Assembly: GCF_036321535.1 (NCBI RefSeq)
Contig: NC_087436.1
Location: forward strand, 101,000,001 to 101,064,000
Length of the DNA: 64,000 nt
Origin: Camelus dromedarius
Lineage: Eukaryota
Direction of reading: 5' to 3'
Shown: positions 55,572 through 64,000 of the stretch, in pieces
Position numbering within the stretch: position 1 is the stretch's first letter
How the letters are laid out: each line of letters opens with the position of its first letter
Program-made: the position numbers and the translations under genes
The notes under the pieces: generated by a model
Database searches by the model: none
Told to the model about the DNA's origin: nothing
The model's input: only the letters and a program-made list of their open reading frames with translations

Positions 55572-55788
55572 CATTTTCCATATGCTCTGCCTCACCAACA
55601 CTGCCATCCGGCGTGGTCCTTTCATAGTTGTCCTCTGGGAGTGGAAGGGCACCCAGTCTTGGCCCTGATGAACTCTTACTGCTTGGTGTTTCTGACTCCT
55701 CCAGCCCGCTGTCATAGCAACTCTGCAGTGACCCCTGATGTGGGTCCTGAGGCTGACTCACAACAGAAAACGTCACTCTACGAAATGG
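55572..55788 (-). CDS. PCDH7: Protocadherin-7 cytoplasmic coding exon, long form (217 nt, phase 0 in / phase 1 out): PFRRVTFSVVSQPQDPHQGSLQSCYDSGLEESETPSSKSSSGPRLGALPLPEDNYERTTPDGSVGEAEHMEN
   Basis: Translation matches the remembered PCDH7 long-isoform tail, including RRVTF (PP1-binding CM3) and the DSGLEES conserved motif. Acceptor ctcttttcttttacag|CCA at 55789/55788; donor ATG|gtaggg at 55572/55571. Overlaps ORF-track 55522..55776(-). Confidence 0.97.
55596..55788 (-). CDS. PCDH7: Same PCDH7 exon, short form using the internal donor (193 nt), lacking GEAEHMEN
   Basis: TTG|gtgagg donor at 55596/55595 lies 24 nt upstream of the distal donor in the same phase. Consistent with recalled human isoforms differing by 8 aa. 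Confidence 0.8.
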
Positions 55789-58700
55789 CTGTAAAAGAAA
55801 AGAGTCTGAATGTCACTAAGACAGAAGATTGTCAATGATCTCATTTAAAAAACACATAAATTACATACATTAAGGTCTACTGACAACTAATTCAATACAA
55901 AATGGTTAGTATATATTGAAATCTATTTGGTTAACTCAGTATTATCTGAAGAAATGTCTAGAGCTTAGATTTTTATTTATGGAAAAACTGAAAATTCCTT
56001 TTTCGAAACAGATAAGAAAACAGCAATGTCACTAAAACACACATTGAAATCTGATATGTTAGTTCCACATAGTCAACATTTTTCTATTCTGTAGTCTTCA
56101 CTTCATATACGTTTTTCACAAATAGACTCCTTATAAAAACAAGGGTCAGGGATTTTGGAAAACAATAAATATAGAACTAATCCATTGTAAGAAGACTTCA
56201 TTTTTAAATTCTTTGTCCATACAGCATATGGTTTAAAACTGAGTGTTCTGGCAGTTGACTTAAACTATTAAAGGTACAGCTGAGAAACAGGAATTTAGAT
56301 GCAGTGCTAGGAATTCAGAATTTAGTTCTTACTTCATCCATATAAAAAATATTGTCTATTGACCTTGAAAAAGTAAGGATAGTAATGAAATAATAGATAA
56401 AAGTTTCCTTAACTAGGGAATTGAAAATAAAGTTTAAAAATTTAATTTTATGTGCTTACTATGACTGTTTTCAGTTTATTCCAAAAAAGTAACATCACGT
56501 ACAGTCTTTAAGTCATATTTGAAAAGTCCTGCAAAACTTTACCCAATTGAACCTCACAATCTACTATGTTACAGCTTTGGCTGAATGCAATACTTGCTAT
56601 GTATGGAACTTACAGATTATCATAACTACAAAATAAAGCAAAAATACTTTAGGCTCATTAAGGGAACAAATTAATGTCATGTATTAACAGGGCTACATAC
56701 ACGTAATATTTGGGAAAGAACAACATAAAAAGGTTCCGTAATATCTGTCTGAGATTATTCTCGGCAATAGTTGAATCCATTAAGCTCTTATATGATTTGA
56801 AAGTGGCATAAATGTACAGATTTGTAAACCTATAACTAAGACTAGCTCTTTCTAATATAAAATATAAAACTAATATTACCAGAATGGTGAGAAAGGTAAA
56901 GAACCCTTCTGTACTTTTATAACGTGAATATTTGTGGTACAAATCACTTATCATAACTGGGAATTTTTTAATGTTAAGAATTAAAGTGTTAAGGATTATC
57001 TACATGATAGTTTGTTAAGGGGAAAGCTAAAAGGAAAGGTCACACTTCCCCTAAATTTATAAAATGGCTTTACTAAAGACAAATGCATGCTTCCACAATT
57101 CTTCCCTTTATTTTGTCTCAGACAGAAGATTGATCAGGAATATTGTCCATTGTTTGAGTTTCTAATCCAGTACCTCTCCCTCCATGTACATATTTAGAGT
57201 GTGCAGTCTTTATAAAATCTTCTTTTTCATTTCATTCAAAATCAAACTTTTAGAAATGCTAAATTCTATTGGAAAAGGAAAACATTTGAATCACATTCTC
57301 TTCTTTACAACGTTTTGCTGAATTGGAACTACAGTATTTTAAAACAATTACAAAATATTTCTAGTACCATCAGCATACACACCATGGGCCCATATTTACT
57401 AGTAACACAATTTCTAGAAACATTATCCTTGTTTCACTAATAATTCTCATATTTCTTTACAGCAGTATGACTGTAATATTTTACCTTATTTCTTAATAAA
57501 TATAGAAATCAGTTTGTATTTACCATGCTTTATCTCATGTGTGCTTATTTTCTTTTTTTTTTTTTCCATTTATCACTCCCAACTGACAGCTAACTACCTG
57601 TGAATTACTTTATGTTCAGTCTCACCTCAGAAGTGAGACCACTGACAGGCTCCTAAAACCACTGTTGTGCATACAGAAGATGCTCAGCGAATACTGCTGA
57701 ACAATAACATTTTAATGACAATGTTGAATTTAGGAAAGAATGCGAAGGTCAGAAAGACATATTATCACTTCAAGACATAGCAATGGATTAAAAAATATAT
57801 ATAAAGAGAAAGGAGGGTCAAAGGCTATTCTTAATTCTATTGTAATGTTTCTCAAGTATTTTAGACTCAGTCCGCTAATTCAAGAAGAAAGTACAAAATG
57901 AATACAGAAATTACACTAATAAAGTGGAAATAAGAAATTTTAAGAGATAATGTTCCAGTGTGACATAAAAATAGAAAAGAGGGTGATGTTTGAATGAAGG
58001 TGGTAATCTCAGAATCTGTGCTCAAATACTGGTTCTGCCAAAAGTAATGACAGAATAGCAGGGACGGGTAATCAGCTATGTTTGCAATGAAGAATGTCAA
58101 AAATAAAATAATTATTTTTCTAGAATGTATTATACAATAGCTACTATAAATCAGTGCATTTTATTTGCTTGATTCCCTGCTTTATTTTGACAGTGACTAT
58201 TTAAATCTCCATAAATTATTGTAGGTTACATGTTACATTTAATGTTGGAAGGAAAATGTAATTTTAAAACACTAAGAACTATATATATATACACTAGCAA
58301 ATGTTTAAGGTCATTAATACTTCCTTTTAGCAAAAAATGGTTTTTCATTTAAAACAATATCTAAATGAATGGAAAATGATTCACAATAAAAATCTAAAAT
58401 AAAGAATATCACACAATGGATCATAAAATACCCCATCCAACATTTTTATCTGCATTTGAAAATATTCCATTAGACTTCTACATAAAATTTCAACATTACG
58501 TTACTATCTCTTAAACTCTATTTTGATAATTTTGAATACATAAAATTCTTGTGGCAAACTATTTAAGTTGGTAATGTGAAACAAAGTAGTACAAAATTCT
58601 GAATTATGAAAGAGAACCCATTAATGCAAGAATTAAGCTTTAATTCTAATAGTAAATCAGACACGTAGATTTAGATAGGTTGATATAATAGACAGACAGA

Positions 58701-60074
58701 TAAGCAGATATATAAATATTTATACACTTTTCCTCAGCATCAGCAGGTTGGGTCTGTTGAGAAGATATGTTATATGGCAGAAGTTATGATATAGGATTCA
58801 TATTATTTATATAGTCTGGATAATATTGACTACACTGGAAATGTGAGCAATGTGTTAAAACCTCTGTGACAGACTGAATGAGTCTGTACTATATATGTAA
58901 CTGTCACTTTGTTAATGACTGATACTCTGATGTAGAGTGGTTTAAGTGGTGATTCCTAAACTTAGATGTGCCAAATAACTTATGACAACACAATGCCAAT
59001 GTCTGGCCTTCACTTAAACCCAATGAATCAGTGTTCAGGGTTGGACTGGATATTAGAAGTTTGTAAGATCTCTCCAGAGGTGATGAAGAGGCATAGAGAA
59101 AAAGCATAAACTCAACAATTGAAAGAACATTTGGAAAGAGGTCAAAAAGAACAAACTGCTCCAGGAAACCAGCTGGTCCTCTAAGTGTCCATAGCGTTTC
59201 CCTGGAGAGTCAGTACAATCATGGTTCTATCCTGAGATGCAAAAGTATGAACATGAAGACATCTAGTGACCTGAGACATCTGAGATTTCCATTTTTCTCT
59301 CTAGAGTGAAGAATGACTTTATGTCCTACAAAGGCAACCTAGTCTACTCGACATAAGAAAAAGCAGAAAAACTTGAAGGAGAGTGTCAGCTTTCCCGTAG
59401 GTTTTTTTTTTTTTAAACTATGAAAATGTGCTTGAAAATTGAATAAGTAGTGCAAGAAAGAGGTGTCTAAGAAAGCTGTTCCAAAAAATTGTGAGTGGAA
59501 CATGTGTGAGAATTATAAACAATGGGGAGTGAAAATCAAAGATTTTATTTAGGCAAATAAATGATCTAATTAAAGGGAGGAGATTGAAGACATGATCTGA
59601 TCATTCTCAGCAAAACGGGAGGAACAAGAAATGTTGAAGGCAGAGGATTATTCTGAGAAAGAAGGAATTATGGGAAACAGCACTAAGAATAGGCAGCGAG
59701 GCCATTATAAAGTGAGCTTGTGTGGTTGACTGGATTTCGTCATTATTTCACTATACCTACATTTGTTTCCTCCCATTATGTCCCAGGGTTTTCAGGATGA
59801 CACACTGAAGAAACTCAAATCTTATAGGTATATAAAAACAGACAAAATATAATATTATTTAAGTTTCCTTTAATAAAATAAAGGTACAAAAAATGCCATG
59901 AAATCTGCTGGGGAATTTAGGGCAGGCACTGCAGAGGAGGAGTTTCTGGATTGAGATCTCAAAAATGATTTTGATAAATAATATACATTTGAGGACCAGT
60001 TATAGATTCCATATTGGGGGCCAGCAGCAAAGGATAAAAAATACGGTGAATAAGAAAAGTAGGTCACTTTTGAA

Positions 60075-60360
60075 ATTCAGAAGCCAAGGAAGGTGGTAAT
60101 TTCTAGAAAAACAGAAAAAAGTTTTATGTGAACCAAAGCATCAGAGATGTGGAGAAGAATGCTGATCACCTTATGTCCATTCGGTTCATCCATTAGAAGG
60201 TCACTTGTGCTATAAAATCTCTAAGCTTTGGGGAACCACGCAAGGAGATAAAAATCAAAGGAAGTAAAAGACCCACTTGTAAATATATAGAGAAAGTGGG
60301 GATAGACTACTAATTTTTAAAATATGGCATAAGAGAGAGAGAGGGTGGCAGTTAAAAGAA
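60075..60360 (-). mobile_element. L2 LINE relic
   Basis: gaagccaaggaagg...atgtccattcggtt...gaaggtcacttgtg resembles reverse L2 internal sequence. Confidence 0.5.
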
Positions 60361-60734
60361 AAAAAAAGATTTGTGTAAAATCTTTTATTTATGGACTTTC
60401 TGTCTTTCTTCACTATTATTGAAAAAAAAATTTTGCTTTAAGGTAAATATTTGAGGATGCAAGCAAAGAAGGGCAAGTAAAAACATGCCTGATAATCTAA
60501 GCTTGTTGGGAATGAAAGAAATCAGAGACCAGAAGCAAACTAACTAAAATTAAGAGAGGACTGAAATTTTAAATAGAATCACAAAGTCAATAGTGAAACA
60601 TGTTGAGAAGCTGCATGTACTGTTTGTGTGTGTTCATGTGTATATGTGTTTAACGATTAAAATGAGAAAACAATGTTACATTAGAAATAACAGAAAATAA
60701 AGATTCTATTCCAAGCAGCATTATAGATTCCCCA

Positions 60735-60875
60735 TTGACCTCAGATAAGTTAGCTGACCCTTGGTTCTTGTGCCTTAGGCTCGGGGTCTGCCAAATGCAG
60801 AAAATAATATCTACCCCGTCCTAACTTAAATTCTCTGAGAAATAATGAGGTAGTTTATAAAAAGAGCCTTAAGCT
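60735..60875 (+). mobile_element. MIR SINE relic
   Basis: tgacctcagataagtta...tgccttag...tctgccaaatgcagaaaataatatctacc. Confidence 0.55.
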
Positions 60876-63800
60876 CCCTCAAAGACATATACTATAAAAG
60901 GTATTATACCTCAGGCCACAGCTATATAACTAGACCTATCTCCTATTATGTTTTAGATTTTTTTTTAAAGAAAATATAGAGCTGACCCAGTAATTTACAA
61001 AGTTTCTAAATAGAATTTTTAAAATTCATGATATTTCAAACCTAATTCTATTCACGTATTGTTTTTATTTTTCTAAATGCAAATCATTTGTGAAACAAGC
61101 ATGTACATACAATAACACTCAAATTTTTCAAGAACGATTGAAATCTAATCTTTTATTAACCATGTGTGTTTCTATACTCAATTATTTGAGAATGACATTC
61201 ATCAATTATTTTTTGTTTCCATTATGACACACTGGAGACTTTCACTTGAAGATATACATACATTCAAAGGTAACTCTGGGTAATACGTAGTCCCTGGGGC
61301 GTGGGGTGCTACTCCATCGTCATGCCAGGTCCCAGATGAGAAAATGCATTAGAGTTGATTTTGCTTTAAACTACCATAGACTGGGACCCAGTGTTCTCCG
61401 TTCTTTATATAACTTTATCCACTTTAGAAATCCAGAGGGCACACTGGAATGGGGCACAAGTGCAAAGGGGGAGGTCCTCTACCTTCTGTGCTTGCCCTCA
61501 TGATATGGGGGTCCAGAAGGACTGCTGCCTCTTCCTACCCTCCCCTCCTCATCAGAAATTCTGGTGAGCCCAAGGTGAGGGATGTGTAATCACCATGACC
61601 ATTTCCACATGAAATTAACCTCATGGCCTTGAAAGGACAAACATGGCAAATAAGAATGAAGTTGGGTGCTGTGGGGTGGACGATGTAATGTATTCAACAA
61701 ATGTATTTACTTATTAATATCTCGGAGTTTTTAATTTGGAGACTGGGAACAGAAGCTAAGATGCGATATTGGTAAACTTGGGATCAAGAGAAAAACAGCC
61801 CGCTTGGAAGAAGAGGGAATTTAGAACATGTCTGGATGACACAAGGTTGGTGTTCTGGTGACATTATTGCAAGGGGTAAGGCATTCATGAAGGGGAAAGG
61901 TGGTGAGCATTTGTTTCATTCTTCTTTCTTATTAAATTGTCTTTCCATAATTGATAATGTGGATTACAAAACAGTAAACCTAAATCCAGGCAGTCTAGCA
62001 GGTTTAGAGGTCACATAAATTATCACAACTTCTACTTCAAATATGGACTAGCAGCTGCATCTCAACCTGGATTCAGAGGATTCAAAGAAAGTTAAGTCTG
62101 TACATTTCAAATTCATTAGAGGACTGGAACAATTTTATAAAAAGGTTTTTTTTAATACCTAGAAAGCTGATGACAAATTGTACTTGTATGTACAAGTATG
62201 ATAACTGCCTTTTTCTTATCTTGCAGATTCATTTTTAAATTGCTTTTTTAAAATTTTAGAGAACTATATAACCACCCTCCTTTTTTTGAAAATACTGATA
62301 TGATAACACTATTTATAATCTGCACCTTTGGAAATTAATCCTGAAATTAATGATAGTATGTTATTCTGATTTCAGAATACGCTCATTATCAAATATGTAT
62401 AACAGAGGCAACCTATTAAAAAAAAAATCCCTGTCACCAAGTTTACTTATAGTTTCTAAGACCAGATGCATATTCAAAAATACATGAATAATAATAAAAA
62501 CTTTATTTTATCCATTCTTAATTGTTAGATTGATTAAAAGGTAACCATCCCACCATAAAAGCAAATATTATGTTCCATAATCCGAAATATTTTAAAGTAT
62601 TGGCCCTCCATCGACATCAGCAAAATCTCCTAAGTTACCACCTGCCCAATGATAATGGACTGCTTTCTTTGTTAGGGCAGTGGCCAATTTTTGAAAAAGG
62701 AAAAGAAAAGAGGTGAACTTCAGGAGTATCTTATTATACACACTACTTGGAGTAAAGAAGAAAACGAACATCAGGGTAAGAATGCAGAAATGTCCCCCTT
62801 GGAGTCCATTTCTTACAACTTTGTGACGACCCTGCCTTTATGAGGATTTCGTTTGCAGGAAGTTAGAGCCCTAAGGATGCTTCTGGAAAGAACTTCGGGT
62901 TAAATCTCTTTCCCTGTTGAATGCTGCTCTGTGTCTTACAGACAACTTTATGGAGGACTTTAAATTTGCACCTTCCTTTTTAGTTTCAATAGTTTCTCCA
63001 TAAATTGTCTCCTTATCTGGAACTCACATATAGTTGTCTCCATCACATCAATTATTTCTGAATGGGCTGAAAGGCTTTTTTAGTTTTTGCAATTCACTTA
63101 GTTACGTCCATCAGACAGACTTCTAATGACTCTTTTTGTCAGTCATAAAGCACTGAAACAGTCATGGAGCAGGACATGGCTGTATTATAAGGAGCCCTGC
63201 TTTGGCTTTTTATTTTTAAAGAGGAGTTATCTCAGACTGTGAGATCTTTCCTCGCAAATGAACAGGAACTTGATTAATCTGCAAACATTTTCAACCGGTG
63301 TCAGTGGCAACTGAACAAACATATCTAGGATTCCATAGGGAATTAGCTGGACTGTGTCTGGCAGAATCTTCAAACAAACCTTAATGAGGTCTTTTAACTT
63401 TTTAAGGGCATATTCCTTTGCTAACGTTTCAAGATTCTTCCGTACTTCAAACTGCCCTTCTTTCTTTCAAGTCAATAGCAGATGAAAGGGGAGTAAAAAA
63501 GAAACATGTTGAGACATTTGTATTAGTTAATTAAAACTCTCATTTGGGGAAGGAGAAGTTAAATAACTGTATTTATTTCTTTTGACTTACATGCAATTAC
63601 AAAATGTCATTAATTTTGACAGTACTGTGTATGTTTGTCCTGAAAAAAGCCAAGAATGCAGGTTATACTTTATTGTTCTTAGCCCACTAGGTCACAAACT
63701 ATTTAACACTGCAGAAGAACAACGACGAGAGTATTAAAACAGAAGCCACTATGTGCCGGGGAAGTGCTATTCATTTTACTGGTGTCACTTCTCCTCGCGT

Positions 63801-64000
63801 ACGGATCATGTTAATATTTCGATTTTAAAATGAGAAAAAAATAAATTTAATATTCAAACTACTGCAAGAACTAATCTAGCCTGAAAATACAAACTGGTTT
63901 CCTATTTTTTTTTTCTCTAATGAAAATATCAGAAAACAGAACAGCCCAAACCTAAAACTCTTAGTAAATGTAGGCAAACATCGTTTTCTTCTGAAAAACT

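Larger units (their letters stand above)
1..64000 (-). other. PCDH7: Window lies within the PCDH7 transcription unit (very long introns)
   Basis: An internal PCDH7 exon is present while the cadherin-repeat/TM exon and the terminal CTRECDEYGHSDSCWMP exon are absent. Known PCDH7 introns on both sides exceed 100 kb in human. Confidence 0.9.

Noticed and set aside
55545..55838. 97-aa plus-strand ORF and 66-aa alternative-frame minus ORF (55515..55715)
   Set aside because: Shadows of the GC-richer PCDH7 exon; no independent support.
1..64000. CRISPR arrays, operons, tRNA/rRNA/snRNA genes, CpG-island promoter
   Set aside because: None seen; the sequence is mammalian intron with no regularly spaced repeats or recognisable structural RNA.

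Overview
AT-rich mammalian genomic DNA, almost entirely intronic sequence of PCDH7 (protocadherin-7, a delta1-protocadherin) on the minus strand. The L1 style and lack of ruminant, pig or primate SINEs suggest a cetartiodactyl, tentatively a camelid. One unambiguous coding exon lies at 55788..55572 (PFRRVTF...GEAEHMEN; PP1-binding RVxF/CM3 motif plus the acidic Ser-rich conserved motif) and has alternative donors. A well-formed 96-nt stop-containing cassette exon lies at 29344..29249 (GVAAITTF...RPLH*). The large cadherin/TM exon and the terminal CM2/WIRS exon are outside the window. The rest is short 5'-truncated L1 ends, old MIR/L2/L3/DNA-transposon relics and microsatellites. The most interesting signal is a set of splice options that could change or truncate the PCDH7 cytoplasmic tail: tandem donors, a donor splitting a stop codon, the cassette exon, and several unverified micro/poison/cryptic exon candidates. 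No prokaryotic systems, RNA genes or CRISPR arrays were seen. All repeat-family calls are by eye and their boundaries are approximate.
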